Shown: positions 26,750 to 37,640 of the stretch, one piece after another
Numbering within the stretch: position 1 is the stretch's first letter
Layout: the number at the start of each line of letters is the position of its first letter
From: Candidatus Marinacidobacterium sp.
GTDB taxonomy: Bacteria; Acidobacteriota; Vicinamibacteria; Marinacidobacterales; Marinacidobacteraceae
NCBI GenBank assembly: GCA_965220965.1
Contig: OZ244852.1
Coordinates: 928,001-992,000 of the forward strand
DNA length: 64,000 nt
Direction of reading: 5' to 3'
Notes under the pieces: generated by a model
What the model was told of the DNA's origin: nothing
The model's input: only the letters and a program-made list of their open reading frames with translations
The model's database searches: none
Program-made: the position numbers and the translations under genes

Positions 26750-28084
26750 TCAGGGGGCCTGCGGCTCGAAGCCGGCCTCGGCGAGCACCAGGAGGATCGC
26801 CTTCTGGATGCCGAGATGGCCGTCCCGGTTCGCCCACCATTCGTGGAGCGAATGGGCCCCGAACCCCTCGCCGCCGCTGCCGATCGTGGTCGCGGGGATG
26901 CCGAGCGAGATCGCGACGTTCGAGTCGGTGGAGCCCATGCTGAGTTCGGGCTCCTCGCCCACCGCCCGGGTGGCGGCGAGCGCGCGCTGGATGAGCGGCG
27001 TATCGAGGGGGACGATCCCCGAGGGCCGGTTGCCGATCATCTCGATGTCCACGGTGAGTTCCTCGCCGTCCCGGCGAAGCTCGTTCTGCTCGGCGAGGGC
27101 GTCCCGCATCGCCGTCTGGAAGATGGCGTCGATCTCCTGGAGTCGGCCCGGCTCCATCGAGCGCATGTCGACTTCCATCCAGTTTTCGAAGGGGATGGAG
27201 TTGATCGAGGTGCCGCCGCCGATCCGGCCGATGTTGTAGGTGGTCTTCGCCCCGGAAGTCACATACTCCCCGGCGCGGTCGTCAAAGAGCTTGATGGCGC
27301 GGGCCATCGCGTGCGCCGGGTTTCCGAGGCCGAAGGCGCCCCACGAATGGCCGCCGGGGCCCAGGAAACGGACCCGGTAGCGGTGGGAGCCGATGGCGTG
27401 GTTCAGAACCCGGGTGTTGTCGGTGCCATCGATCGCGATGAAGGCGTGGATCTCCGGGCCGCCCTCGCGGAACAGGTGCTTCACGCCGCGGAGGTCGCCG
27501 ATGCCCTCCTCGCCGACCGACCCCACGAACAGGATGTCGTCGCGGGTCCCGAGCCCGCGCCGGTCGATGAGCTCCATTAGCGTCAGCATCGTGACGAGCC
27601 CGCGGGTGTCGTCGGCGATTCCTGGCGCCATGAGCTTGTCGCCCTCGCGTCGCACGGTCACATCGGTTCCCTTGGGGAACACCGTGTCCAGGTGGGCCAC
27701 GACCGCCACTGTGCGGTCGCCCTCCGAGCCGGCCACCCGGGCGAGGACGTTCCCGATGCCGTCCAGTTCGGCGTCGAGGCCGAGCCCACGGATCATGCCG
27801 AGATAGTGGGCGGCGCGCTCTTCCTCCATGAACGGAGGCGCCTCGATTTCGGTCAGCTCGATGAGGCGGCGCTCGTTCTCCTCCTCCATCGCCAGGACAT
27901 CGTCCATGGCGGCCGCGACCCGTGGATCGCTTCGGATCGCGTTCAGCTCCCCGGCGTACTCCGGGAGAACCTCGAACTCCTGCGCCGAAGCCGCTCCGAC
28001 GGCCAGGAGCAGGAGGGCCGGCAGGAGCCTGGCCCCCGAGGAAAGAAACGCAGGAGAACGGAACCCGGTGAGGCGGTGGTGCAT
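26750..28084 (-). CDS. M20/M25/M40 family metallo-hydrolase, secreted
   Basis: AHLDTVFP, APGIADD, GEEGIGDLRG, GGHSW, GSTDSN, AHSLHEW. Confidence 0.9.
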   Translation of the reverse strand: MHHRLTGFRSPAFLSSGARLLPALLLLAVGAASAQEFEVLPEYAGELNAIRSDPRVAAAMDDVLAMEEENERRLIELTEIEAPPFMEEERAAHYLGMIRGLGLDAELDGIGNVLARVAGSEGDRTVAVVAHLDTVFPKGTDVTVRREGDKLMAPGIADDTRGLVTMLTLMELIDRRGLGTRDDILFVGSVGEEGIGDLRGVKHLFREGGPEIHAFIAIDGTDNTRVLNHAIGSHRYRVRFLGPGGHSWGAFGLGNPAHAMARAIKLFDDRAGEYVTSGAKTTYNIGRIGGGTSINSIPFENWMEVDMRSMEPGRLQEIDAIFQTAMRDALAEQNELRRDGEELTVDIEMIGNRPSGIVPLDTPLIQRALAATRAVGEEPELSMGSTDSNVAISLGIPATTIGSGGEGFGAHSLHEWWANRDGHLGIQKAILLVLAEAGFEPQAP

Positions 28085-28153
28085 CGGTGGGAAATGCTAC
28101 CCGAGGGGCCTGGCGGCGCCGCGGGGATCGCACCGCGGTACCCTCCGGCCCGG

Positions 28154-30277
28154 ATGCGGCGAGCGGTCTTGCCCGGTTTGCTCGGGGCGCTGCTCCTTCC
28201 CGGGGTCGTGGAGGCGCAGGCGCCCGAGGCCTCCGGCGATCCCACTGTGGTCCTGGGCTTCGACGGTCTGGACCCGGACACGGTCACGTCGATGATCGCG
28301 GACGGGGAGCTCCCGAACCTGGCCCGGATGGCCGCAGGCGGAACGCTCGCCCCCCTCGGGACCACGAGGCCTTCCGAGTCGCCGGTGGCCTGGGCCACCT
28401 TCGCCACCGGAATGAACCCGGGGCGGACCCGGATCTTCGATTTCCTGGAGAGGCGTCCCGGCGGATATGCGCCGCAGATCGCTCTCGTGCGACAGGACGT
28501 CTGGAGGCTCCCCGGACCGGTCTTCCGCGCGTTCCTGGCGCTGTTTCTGGCCGCGACGCTCGCCGCGCTCGCGGCGCGGTTGGTCAGACCCGCCTTCCGC
28601 CTGCGCGTCTTCGCCGTCGCGCTCGGCGTCGTGACCGGTGGCCTGTTGCCGGTGGCGATGCTGCTTCCCGAAACGGCGCCGCGAGCGCTCCGCGCCCGGC
28701 AGGGCGCCTCGTTCTGGGCCCTCGCCGGGTCCGCAGGCGTCCCCTCGGTCGCGCTGATGGCGCCCATGGAGTTTCCGGTCACCGAGTCGCCCGGCGCCCG
28801 GATTCTCGCCGGGTTCGGCACGCCCGACGTGAGGAAGTCGTTCGGGCTCTGGTCGGTCTACACGACCGATCTGCTCGAGGAGGAATCCACCGAGACCGGG
28901 GGCACGCGATATCCCATCCGCTTCGAAGCGGGGGAGGCCGTGAGCGTCGTGCGGGGACCGCGGGACTTCACCGAGGCGCCGCTCGAGCGCGACCAGCCGG
29001 AAGTGGAGATCCCGCTGACCTTCCGGCGGCTCGGGGACCGTCTCGGGATCGAGGTCGGCGAGGCGTCGCTCGATCTCGCGCCGGGAGACTGGTCCGACTT
29101 CGTCGAGGTCGAGTTTCCCCTGAATCCGCTCGTGCGGCTCCGCGGACTGACCCGGTTCCGGGTCGTCTCGCTGGAGCCGAACGTGACGGTCTACATGGAG
29201 CCGATCAACTTCGATCCGGAGCGGCTGCCTCCCATCGTCAACCTCTCCTGGCCGCGGGACTTCGCCGCGGAACTCGCGGAGCGCTCGGGCCCCTTCGAGA
29301 CCATCGGGTGGAAGATCGTCACGAACCCGCTGCGCGACGGCGAGCTGGACTTCGACGCGTTCCTGGAGGACGCCCGGTTCGCCCGCGAGACGAACGAACG
29401 GCTCCTGATGGACATGCTCGGGGCGGACGACTGGCGGCTGCTGGTTGCGGTGTTCCTGTTCCCGGACCGGATCCAGCACATGTTCTACCGGTTCGACGAC
29501 CACGATCACCCGAACCACGATGAGGAGCTGGCGCGCCACTACGGCGGAGAGATCGCCGAGGCGTACCGACAGGCCGACGAAATCGTGGGCAGGGCGGTCG
29601 CCGCCGCCCCGGCGAACGCCCGGTTCCTGATCGTCTCCGACCACGGGTTCCACTCGTTTCGCAAGCAGTTCAACGTGAACACCTGGCTCGCGGAGCACGG
29701 CTACCTGCGCCCTCCGGAGGACGCCGCGGAAGATCGTCGACTCGAGGACCTCTTCGACCCCGGCGCGTTGTTCTTTCCGGGCGTCGACTGGGGACGAAGC
29801 GAAGCGTTCGGCCTCGGCCTCTCCGGGATCTACTTCAATCAGCGGGGCAGGGAGCCCGAAGGCGTCGTCGCGCCCGGTCCGGAGCGGGAAGCGCTGGCGG
29901 AGCGACTGATCCGGGATCTGCTGGCGTTCCGGGATCCGGAGACCGGCGAGCCGGTCGTCCGCGCGGTCCACCGGCGGGAGGACATCTACCAGGGACCCTT
30001 CGTGGAGGAGGCGCCCGACCTGATCCTGGGCCTCGAGCCCGGTTACCGCATCGGATGGCAGAGCACGCTCGGCGGCTTTCCCGAGGCTTCGATCACGCCC
30101 AATCTGGACGACTGGAGCGGGGACCACTGCTCGATGGAGGACACCGACGGCGTCGTCATCTCCGACCTCGCGCTGTCCGACGGCGCCTCGCTACGGGACA
30201 TCGCGCCCACGGTCCTTGAACTGTTGGGGGTCGAGCCCCCGTCGGACATGGACGGCGTCAGCCTCCTCGAGCGCTAG
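28154..30277 (+). CDS. Alkaline phosphatase superfamily (type I phosphodiesterase-like) protein
   Basis: VLGFDGLD, ESPVAWATFATGMNPG, PDRIQH, SDHGF, WSGDH; signal peptide. Confidence 0.85.
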   Translation: MRRAVLPGLLGALLLPGVVEAQAPEASGDPTVVLGFDGLDPDTVTSMIADGELPNLARMAAGGTLAPLGTTRPSESPVAWATFATGMNPGRTRIFDFLERRPGGYAPQIALVRQDVWRLPGPVFRAFLALFLAATLAALAARLVRPAFRLRVFAVALGVVTGGLLPVAMLLPETAPRALRARQGASFWALAGSAGVPSVALMAPMEFPVTESPGARILAGFGTPDVRKSFGLWSVYTTDLLEEESTETGGTRYPIRFEAGEAVSVVRGPRDFTEAPLERDQPEVEIPLTFRRLGDRLGIEVGEASLDLAPGDWSDFVEVEFPLNPLVRLRGLTRFRVVSLEPNVTVYMEPINFDPERLPPIVNLSWPRDFAAELAERSGPFETIGWKIVTNPLRDGELDFDAFLEDARFARETNERLLMDMLGADDWRLLVAVFLFPDRIQHMFYRFDDHDHPNHDEELARHYGGEIAEAYRQADEIVGRAVAAAPANARFLIVSDHGFHSFRKQFNVNTWLAEHGYLRPPEDAAEDRRLEDLFDPGALFFPGVDWGRSEAFGLGLSGIYFNQRGREPEGVVAPGPEREALAERLIRDLLAFRDPETGEPVVRAVHRREDIYQGPFVEEAPDLILGLEPGYRIGWQSTLGGFPEASITPNLDDWSGDHCSMEDTDGVVISDLALSDGASLRDIAPTVLELLGVEPPSDMDGVSLLER

Positions 30278-30286
30278 CAGTCCGCC

Positions 30287-32065
30287 TCAGGCCGGATCCC
30301 GGCGCAGGCCGCGGCGGACCCAGACGACCGCCGCGATCGCGATCGCCGCGACGACGACCGTCCCCGCGTTCAGCGCGCCCGAGGTCGGGAACCACAGGAT
30401 CGCGTAGCCGAGGGCGCCCGGGAGCAGGGCGTAGTAGACGAACGGGACGAGCGTGCGGCGGATGACCGCGCCTTCCCGGCCGATCAGGCCCACGACCGCG
30501 GAGGCCGCGACCACGTTGTGGACGCAGATCATGTTCCCGGCGGCCCCGCCGACCGCCTGCAGCGCGACGACCCACCCGGGATCGACGCCGAGCCGTTCGC
30601 CCACGCCGAACTGGAACAGCGAGAACATCATGTTGCTCACGGTGTTGCTGCCGGCGACGAAGGCGCCGAGTCCGCCGATGAAGGGGGCGAAGAAAGGCCA
30701 GGCCGAACCCGCCAGCGACGCCGCGCCCTCCGCGAGGGCGATCGGCATCGAGGCGAACCCGGCGGTTCCGTCGGCGGTGTTCAGGAACACCTGGACCATG
30801 GGAACCGTGAACACCAGTGCGACCGAGGCGAGTCCGGTGCTGCGCAGGGAATGGGAGACGGCCTGCCCGAACTGACGCGAACTCATCCGGTGGTAGGCGA
30901 ACGCGAACAGCGACGCGGCGATGAACACCGTTCCGGGAAGGAAGAGGGGGGAGGCGCTGGCGCTGATCCCGCTGCCGAGGATGTCGGACCAGCCGACCAC
31001 CACCCCGGAAAGCCAACTGCGCAGCGGCAAGGCGGGCAGGCGGGTCAGGACGAGGAGAACGCCGACCAGGGCGTAGGGAACCCAGGCGGCGACCGGCGAG
31101 ATCCGGTGGACCGGCTGGCCGTCGGTAGCGGTGGATTCGCGATCCGCGGTCCATTCGGCGCCCCAGGACGAGCGCGGCGGGAACTCGAACCGCTCCTCCG
31201 GAGGCGGAACGAAGAGGCCCCGGCGCGCAGCCGTCACGACGATCCCGAGCCCGACGAGGCCCCCGACAAGCGCTGGGAACTCGGGGCCCAGCAGCCACGC
31301 CACCAGCAGGTAGGGGATCGTCATCGAGACCGCGGCGAACAGCGCAAAGCGCCAGACGGCGAGCCCCTCCCGGAAGCTGCGCCGCTCCCCGAAGAACCGG
31401 GTCATGGTGGCGACCACGATGAGCGGCACGAGCGTGCCCGCGACGGTATGGAGAACGGCCACCCGGAGGCCGATGAACTGGAGGAACGCGGTCCAGTCGG
31501 CGTACCCGAGGCTGGCGGCGTAGGCGGTGACCGCGTCCGCGCCGGTCAGGCCGGAGCTGACGCCCACCAGGATCGGCGTCCCGGCGGCGCCGAAGGACAC
31601 CGGCGTGCTCTGGATCAGCATCCCGGCGACCACCGCCGCCAGCGGCGGAAATCCGAGACCCACGAGGAGCGGGACGCAGACCGCCGCGGGAGTCCCGAAA
31701 CCCGCCGATCCCTCGATGAACGCGCCGAAGAGCCAGGCGATGAGCAGCACCTGGATCCGCCGGTCCGGCGTGATCCCGATGAAGCCCTGCCGGATGACCG
31801 CCAGCGCCCCGCTCTCGCGCAGAGTGTGCAGGAGCAGAAGGGCGCCGAAGATGATGTAGAGCAGCGTCGCGGCGACCCAGAGGCCGTTGATCGAGGCGGC
31901 GGCGATGCGCGTCCCGGTGACGCCCCACACCGCCCACGCCAGCAGCGCGGCGGCGAGCCAGCTCAGCGGCATGGCCCGCGAGGCGGGCCACCGAAGTCCC
32001 ACCAGGAAGACCGCGACCACCAGGATCGGGGTCAGCGCGATGGCGGCGAGTCCCAGGTCGCCCAT
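30287..32065 (-). CDS. lctP: L-lactate permease
   Basis: [54 protein letters not shown]. Confidence 0.92.
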   Translation of the reverse strand: MGDLGLAAIALTPILVVAVFLVGLRWPASRAMPLSWLAAALLAWAVWGVTGTRIAAASINGLWVAATLLYIIFGALLLLHTLRESGALAVIRQGFIGITPDRRIQVLLIAWLFGAFIEGSAGFGTPAAVCVPLLVGLGFPPLAAVVAGMLIQSTPVSFGAAGTPILVGVSSGLTGADAVTAYAASLGYADWTAFLQFIGLRVAVLHTVAGTLVPLIVVATMTRFFGERRSFREGLAVWRFALFAAVSMTIPYLLVAWLLGPEFPALVGGLVGLGIVVTAARRGLFVPPPEERFEFPPRSSWGAEWTADRESTATDGQPVHRISPVAAWVPYALVGVLLVLTRLPALPLRSWLSGVVVGWSDILGSGISASASPLFLPGTVFIAASLFAFAYHRMSSRQFGQAVSHSLRSTGLASVALVFTVPMVQVFLNTADGTAGFASMPIALAEGAASLAGSAWPFFAPFIGGLGAFVAGSNTVSNMMFSLFQFGVGERLGVDPGWVVALQAVGGAAGNMICVHNVVAASAVVGLIGREGAVIRRTLVPFVYYALLPGALGYAILWFPTSGALNAGTVVVAAIAIAAVVWVRRGLRRDPA

Positions 32066-32116
32066 GACGGTCCTTCCTTTCGGGCCGGCCCCCGGCGCTG
32101 ACTAGACTCTGGCGGG

Positions 32117-33406
32117 ATGCCGCGGGCCTCGTTCACTTCGCTGGGTTGTCGACTCAACCACACCGAAGCCGCCGTCTGGGCGGGCCAGTTTGCTGAAAAA
32201 GGCTACACGATCACTCCGTGGGGCGAACCGACGAACGTCGCGGTCATCAACACCTGCTCGGTGACGCACCGGGCGGAGGCCCACTGCCGCAACATGGTGC
32301 GGCGCGCGCTGCGCCGCTCTCCGGACGCGTTCGTGGTGGTGGCCGGCTGCTATGCGCAGTCCGGGCTCGACGCGCTCCGCGAGATCCCCGGGGTCGACAT
32401 GATCGTGGGGGCCGAGTTCAAGGACACCTTCGTCGACTATCTGGACCGGCCCCGCAAGCTCCGCGAGCCGGTCGTGCTTCACTCGGCCCGGATCTCGCGC
32501 AACGAGTTCGAGGTCCCGGCGACCGGTCGCTACGACGCGACGCGGGCCAACCTGAAGGTGCAGGACGGCTGCGACTTCTTCTGTTCCTTCTGCATCATCC
32601 CGTACACCCGGGGGCGCGAACGAAGCCGCCGGTTCGACGACATCCTGCGGGAAGCCGGCGAGCTGGCGGCCGCCGGCCACCAGGAACTGGTGCTCACCGG
32701 CGTGAACATCGGCCGCTACCGGAACCGGGGCCGGACCCTCGCCGATGTCGCGGAGCGGCTCGAAGAGGTGGACGGGGTGCGGCGCGTCCGGATCACCTCG
32801 ATCGAGCCCACCACCGTGGAGGATCGCCTCCTCGAACGCATGGCGACGGGCGGCGCGCTCTGCCCCTACCTTCACCTCCCGGTCCAGACCGGGGACGACG
32901 AGGTCCTGGCGCGCATGGGGCGCCGCTACACCACCGCCGACTACCGGGACTTCGCGGAGCGGGCGGTGGAGATGGTCCCGGATCTGGGCCTCGGAACGGA
33001 TGTCATCGTGGGGTACCCGGGCGAAACCGACGCGGCGTTCGAGCGGACCTGCGACTTCCTCGGTGACCTGCCGTTCACGTATTACCACGTGTTCAGCTAC
33101 TCGAAGCGCGCCGGGACGCGCGCGGCGGGGCTCTCCGGCCACCTGCCGCCGGAGGTCATCGCGGAGCGCAGCCGGACGCTGCGGGCGCTCTCCGAGGAGC
33201 GCCGCGAGTCGTTCGCCCGCCGCCACCGGGGCGCGACCGTGGAGGTCCTCTTCGAGCAGCAGGACGCCGCCGGGAGGTGGACCGGGCTGACGTCGAACTA
33301 CCTCCGCGTCGGGGTGGTCTCGGACGAAACGCTGACGAACCGGATCCGCAGGGTGCGCGTTACGGGAACCGACGCCGGACTGGCGGTTGGTGGTTTAGCC
33401 GACTGA
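32117..33406 (+). CDS. mtaB: tRNA t6A37 methylthiotransferase (radical SAM)
   Basis: SLGCRLN, INTCSVT, GCYAQ, LKVQDGCDFFCSFCIIPYTRG, HVFSYSKRAGT, TSNYLRV. Confidence 0.9.
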   Translation: MPRASFTSLGCRLNHTEAAVWAGQFAEKGYTITPWGEPTNVAVINTCSVTHRAEAHCRNMVRRALRRSPDAFVVVAGCYAQSGLDALREIPGVDMIVGAEFKDTFVDYLDRPRKLREPVVLHSARISRNEFEVPATGRYDATRANLKVQDGCDFFCSFCIIPYTRGRERSRRFDDILREAGELAAAGHQELVLTGVNIGRYRNRGRTLADVAERLEEVDGVRRVRITSIEPTTVEDRLLERMATGGALCPYLHLPVQTGDDEVLARMGRRYTTADYRDFAERAVEMVPDLGLGTDVIVGYPGETDAAFERTCDFLGDLPFTYYHVFSYSKRAGTRAAGLSGHLPPEVIAERSRTLRALSEERRESFARRHRGATVEVLFEQQDAAGRWTGLTSNYLRVGVVSDETLTNRIRRVRVTGTDAGLAVGGLAD

Positions 33407-33449
33407 CCGGCGCGCCGCGCCGGCGACGCATGGGTGTACCTTGGTCCCC

Positions 33450-33986
33450 ATGCGTGCTTCAAGAGTCCTCGGTTTGTCCGTCCTCCTCGTCAGCCTGATG
33501 GCCGCCGCCCCGGTGATGGCGGAGGAGGCGCCGCCCCTCCAGCGTCCGGGCGCCAGTTCTCCCGGTGGAGGCCTCGGCGTCGATGCGACCCTCGTCTTCC
33601 TCTACTACCGCGACATGGACCGGGCGGAAGCGTTCTACGGAGGGGTTCTCGGGCTGGATCTCGTCGTCGAGCAGGCGTTCGCGACGATCTACCAGATCTC
33701 CCCCACGTCGTTCGTCGGGCTGGTGGACGAGTCGCGCGGCATGCATCGCTCCAGCGAGGCCAAGCCGGTCACGCTCTCGTTCATTACGGACGAAGTGGAC
33801 GAGTGGTACGAGTACCTGGTCAGCCAGGGCGTGGAGATGCGGGGGCCGGTCCGCGACTCGGCGAACCATCCCACCCGCAACTTCGTGGCCTATGACCCGG
33901 AGGGGTATTACCTCGAGTTCGAGACGTTCCTCGACGACCCGGAGAACGAACGCCTGCTCCGCGCCCTCGACGCCGTCCGGCGCTGA
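33450..33986 (+). CDS. VOC/glyoxalase family protein with signal peptide
   Basis: FLYYRDMDRAEAFYGGVLGL, DPEGYYLEF. Confidence 0.85.
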   Translation: MRASRVLGLSVLLVSLMAAAPVMAEEAPPLQRPGASSPGGGLGVDATLVFLYYRDMDRAEAFYGGVLGLDLVVEQAFATIYQISPTSFVGLVDESRGMHRSSEAKPVTLSFITDEVDEWYEYLVSQGVEMRGPVRDSANHPTRNFVAYDPEGYYLEFETFLDDPENERLLRALDAVRR

Positions 33987-34004
33987 GTCGCCCGCGAGCG
34001 GCGG

Positions 34005-34910
34005 TCAGTAACGCCGCGGCGGAAGCGGCGCGCCGGTGAGGCGTTCGTAGATCGAGAGAAAGCGCTCGGTCGTGCCCCGGACGACCTCCGCCGGCAGGTG
34101 GGGCGGCGGCGGCTCCTTGTTCCAGTCGAGCGTCTCCAGGTAGTCGCGCACGAACTGCTTGTCGAAGCTCTCCTGGTTCTTCCCGGGGGCGTAGTCGTCC
34201 GCGGGCCAGAACCGCGACGAATCAGGAGTGAGCACCTCGTCGATCAGGTAGAGCTCGCCGTCCTCGTCCTGGCCGAACTCGAACTTGGTGTCGGCGATGA
34301 TGATGCCGCGCTTCGCCGCCCACTCGACCCCGTTCTGGTAGATCTGGCGCGAGATCGAGTGCAGGCGCGTCGTGAGTTCGCGACCCACCGAGTCCGCCAT
34401 CGTGTCCTCGCTGACGTTGATGTCGTGGCCGTCGGTGGCCTTGGTGGCGGGGGTGAAGAGCGGCTCCGGAAAACGCTCGGCGAGCTCCATCCCCGGCGGC
34501 AGCGAGATCCCGCAGACGCTTCCCTCGCGGCGGTACTCCTTCCAGCCCGACCCGTAGAGGAACCCGCGCATCACGCACTCGAAGGGAACCGGCTTCAGCT
34601 TCCGCACCAGCATGGAGCGGCCCTCGAGAACCGCCTTCGCCGGGGCGAGCGCCTCCGGGTACTCGTCGACATCGTCGGTGATCAGGTGGTTCCGCACGAT
34701 GTCGGTCGTGCGGCGAAGCCAGAAGCCGCTGATGCTGTTCAGTACCCGTCCCTTCTCGGGGATCCCCTCGGGAAGGACCACATCGAAGGCCGAGACCCGG
34801 TCGGACGTCACCAGGAGAAGGTCGTCCCCCACCTGGTAGATGTCGCGGACCTTGCCGCGGGAGAGGAGGGTGGCGCCTTCGAGGGAGGTCTGCAGGACTG
34901 CTTCGGACAT
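34005..34910 (-). CDS. purC: SAICAR synthase
   Basis: GKVRDIY, SDRVSAFD, ADTKFEFG, DEVLTPDSSRFW, SFDKQFVRD. Confidence 0.97.
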   Translation of the reverse strand: MSEAVLQTSLEGATLLSRGKVRDIYQVGDDLLLVTSDRVSAFDVVLPEGIPEKGRVLNSISGFWLRRTTDIVRNHLITDDVDEYPEALAPAKAVLEGRSMLVRKLKPVPFECVMRGFLYGSGWKEYRREGSVCGISLPPGMELAERFPEPLFTPATKATDGHDINVSEDTMADSVGRELTTRLHSISRQIYQNGVEWAAKRGIIIADTKFEFGQDEDGELYLIDEVLTPDSSRFWPADDYAPGKNQESFDKQFVRDYLETLDWNKEPPPPHLPAEVVRGTTERFLSIYERLTGAPLPPRRY

Positions 34911-34920
34911 CCGCCGAATT

Positions 34921-35844
34921 CTACGGACGGACGGCCGCTTCCTGAATCTCTTCCCGTGGTCCGGACCGCGTCAGACTGACCTCGCCTCCGCCGCCGGCGC
35001 GCAGCCGGATTTCGGCGCCGGGCCGATCCCCCATCGAAGCGAACCGGAGCACCGCCCGGCGCAACCAGATCGCCCGTCCCTCGTCTTCGTCTTCGTCGCC
35101 GACCGCCGAGATCCGGGCGGGCCATCCGGCCGGCAGCGTGAGCCGGATGGATCCGTCGGCGGACCGCAGCTCCCAGACTCCTTCGGGCGCCGGCCGGGCG
35201 GACGGCGCCACCTCGACCCGGACCTGGCCGTCGCCGGTCACCGCGTGGACCTGCGCCAGAGCGCCCGAGAGTTGGATCCGGCCATCGCCGGTCTCCGCGT
35301 GGAACCGTCCGGTCAGGTCGCTCCCCTCGATGCGCCCGCGCGCCGTCCGCAGTCGCGCCGGTTCGGCCTCGGCGCGCACCGACTCGGCCACGATGCGCCC
35401 CTCGGCGGTCCAGGCGTTCACGGCGCCGGTCAGTCCCACCAGCCGAACCCGTCCCTCCCCGGTGCGAACCGATACCGGGGCGCCCGCCGGGACCGCCAGG
35501 GTCACCTGGAGCGCGGTCGACTCGCCGAGCCGGAAGGCCCCGGCGCCAAGGTCGCGACCGCGTACGACGAGCCGGCCGGACGCCGCGGCGGCCGCGTCCA
35601 CCCGCAGCGCGTCCAGCGCGGACGCCGCCGCGTCCCGGGACAGGGCGTTGGCCGAACGCTCGATCCCGATCTCCACATCGGATCCGGCGTGCTCGCGGAC
35701 CTCGACCGTTCCCCGATCCAGCCGCACCTCGACGCCGGCGCCCGGCGCCCGCCGGAGCGTTTCGAGCGAGGACTCGCGGATGGGCTGGATGCAGCCCGCG
35801 GCCGCCGCCACGAGCGGAACGAGGGTCAGCTTCCAGACGTTCAC
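34921..35844 (-). CDS. DUF4097 family beta-strand repeat lipoprotein
   Basis: AAAGC lipobox; repeated TGDG/TGEG beta-repeat units. Confidence 0.8.
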   Translation of the reverse strand: MNVWKLTLVPLVAAAAGCIQPIRESSLETLRRAPGAGVEVRLDRGTVEVREHAGSDVEIGIERSANALSRDAAASALDALRVDAAAAASGRLVVRGRDLGAGAFRLGESTALQVTLAVPAGAPVSVRTGEGRVRLVGLTGAVNAWTAEGRIVAESVRAEAEPARLRTARGRIEGSDLTGRFHAETGDGRIQLSGALAQVHAVTGDGQVRVEVAPSARPAPEGVWELRSADGSIRLTLPAGWPARISAVGDEDEDEGRAIWLRRAVLRFASMGDRPGAEIRLRAGGGGEVSLTRSGPREEIQEAAVRP

Positions 35845-37613
35845 GCCCCGCCCTCGCCGCCGGGAATCGCGCGGACGTCGGGTGCTCCACCCGGAGCGGG
35901 TTCGCGGTCTTCCGAGGCCAGGATCCGGACGTCTCCGCCCGCCGTCGTGAGGCGCACGAGGGGTCCGCCAGTCCCGACACTCGCCGTCGCGGTGTTCGCG
36001 TCGGCGGTGCGATCCAGCTCGAAGTCGCTCTCCACCGTTCCCTCGCCGGACGCCACTTCGAGTTCGAAGGCGCTTCCCCGCGCCACCTCGAGCCGGATGC
36101 CCCCCCGCGCGCTGGAGACCGACACGTCGTCATCCACGCTCGTCAGCGAGACCCCGAGCGCGCCGTCCCCACCTTCGATCCGCAGCGGCCCTCGGGCGCG
36201 CTCCACGAAGAGATCGCCGTCGCCCACCGACAGGAACGCCTCGCCACCCAGTCGCGACGCGAACGCGTCCCCGCCTTCCGTCACCGCCTCGAGCGGGCCA
36301 TCGACCCCTTCCACCAGCAGGCCCTCCGCGCCGGAATGGAGGCTGACATCGGCGGCGGCGTCCCGGACCTCGAGGAACGCGTCCGTTCCCCGAACCTCGA
36401 GGGTCCCCTCGATCTCTTCGACCAGCACCGGACCGTACGCGGAACGCACCCACGCCGGGCCCCCGATCCGGCGCAGCGCGACCGGGCCGATCTCGTTGTT
36501 CACCCGGACCTCGCCCGCCGCGTCGGTCACGTTCACCGAACCGCCCCGGCCCTCGACGGTGACCGACCCGGCGACGCCTTCCGCCCACACCGGCGACCCC
36601 TCGGACTCGATCGACACCGTCCCCGCGGCGGCGACCACTTCGACGGCCGAACGTCGGGCGCGAATCCGGACCGGCCCTCCGAGTTCCGCGCCGAGGACCG
36701 ACCCGTCGCGAGCGGTGAGCTGCGCCTCGCCCATCGTTCCGCGGACCTCGAGCGGGCCGTGCGCGGTCTCGGCGGAAACCCGCGCGAAGGGACCTTCGAC
36801 CCGGACCGCTCCCTGGCCACTCACCACCGAGATCCCGACTTCCGGGGGCGCCTCGACCTCCAGATCGAACGCCACGTCGAAATCGCCGGGATCGTCAACG
36901 GTGATCAGGAGCCGCTCCGGGTTCCCTCCGCTGCCCACCGGCCCGGTCACCAGCCGGACCTGGCCGGCGCGCTCCTCGGCGAGCGCCGCCGTCGCCGCCC
37001 AGACGCGCTTCGTCAGGGTGAGCCGCGTCGCCGGCGCCGGGCTGGCGGGCGGAGTCTCGCCGGGGGCTGTCCCGGAGGAGGCGCGCACCAGGACGCCTCC
37101 CGCCTCGAGACGCACCGCAAGCTCCGTGACCCCGGCGGGAAGCGGAACGGTCCGCTCGATCACGAAGCCGTGCTGGGGCAGGGGCTCCGCCTGCTGATGG
37201 GCCCAGCGGCGGACTTCCTCGAAGCGGGACGCCAGGCCCTGGCGTTCGATCGCCCACCGCGCGGTCGAGAGTCCCAGCCCGGCGAGCAGGACCAGGATCA
37301 GGAGCACCGCCTCGAGGCAGCCGAACCGGGCGCGTCCGGTGACCAGCCGCTGGGCGACCTTGGCGACTCCCCACACGATGAGGACCGCGGGCCACCAGAC
37401 CGCGAGGACCGGAACCAGATCGAGGAACCCCAGCGCGAGCCGGGACCCGTAGACGTTCACCGCGAGCGCGGTGGCGCCGATGGCGATGAGGAGAACGCCG
37501 AATGCGGTCGCGCAGCCGGCGCCCCGGCGAGGCGTCGGGTCGGTGGGCTGGCCAGGTTCCGGCGTCGACTGCTCGAAACCGGGATCCGTACCGGGATCCA
37601 TCAGGGATTCCAC
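35841..37613 (-). CDS. Membrane-anchored DUF4097 beta-repeat protein with DUF5668-like N-terminus
   Basis: WWPAVLIVWG TM motif followed by long G-x-V-x-V beta-repeats. Confidence 0.8.
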   Translation of the reverse strand: MESLMDPGTDPGFEQSTPEPGQPTDPTPRRGAGCATAFGVLLIAIGATALAVNVYGSRLALGFLDLVPVLAVWWPAVLIVWGVAKVAQRLVTGRARFGCLEAVLLILVLLAGLGLSTARWAIERQGLASRFEEVRRWAHQQAEPLPQHGFVIERTVPLPAGVTELAVRLEAGGVLVRASSGTAPGETPPASPAPATRLTLTKRVWAATAALAEERAGQVRLVTGPVGSGGNPERLLITVDDPGDFDVAFDLEVEAPPEVGISVVSGQGAVRVEGPFARVSAETAHGPLEVRGTMGEAQLTARDGSVLGAELGGPVRIRARRSAVEVVAAAGTVSIESEGSPVWAEGVAGSVTVEGRGGSVNVTDAAGEVRVNNEIGPVALRRIGGPAWVRSAYGPVLVEEIEGTLEVRGTDAFLEVRDAAADVSLHSGAEGLLVEGVDGPLEAVTEGGDAFASRLGGEAFLSVGDGDLFVERARGPLRIEGGDGALGVSLTSVDDDVSVSSARGGIRLEVARGSAFELEVASGEGTVESDFELDRTADANTATASVGTGGPLVRLTTAGGDVRILASEDREPAPGGAPDVRAIPGGEGGA

Positions 37614-37640
37614 TGACGAGGGACTCCGGCGACGAAGCCT

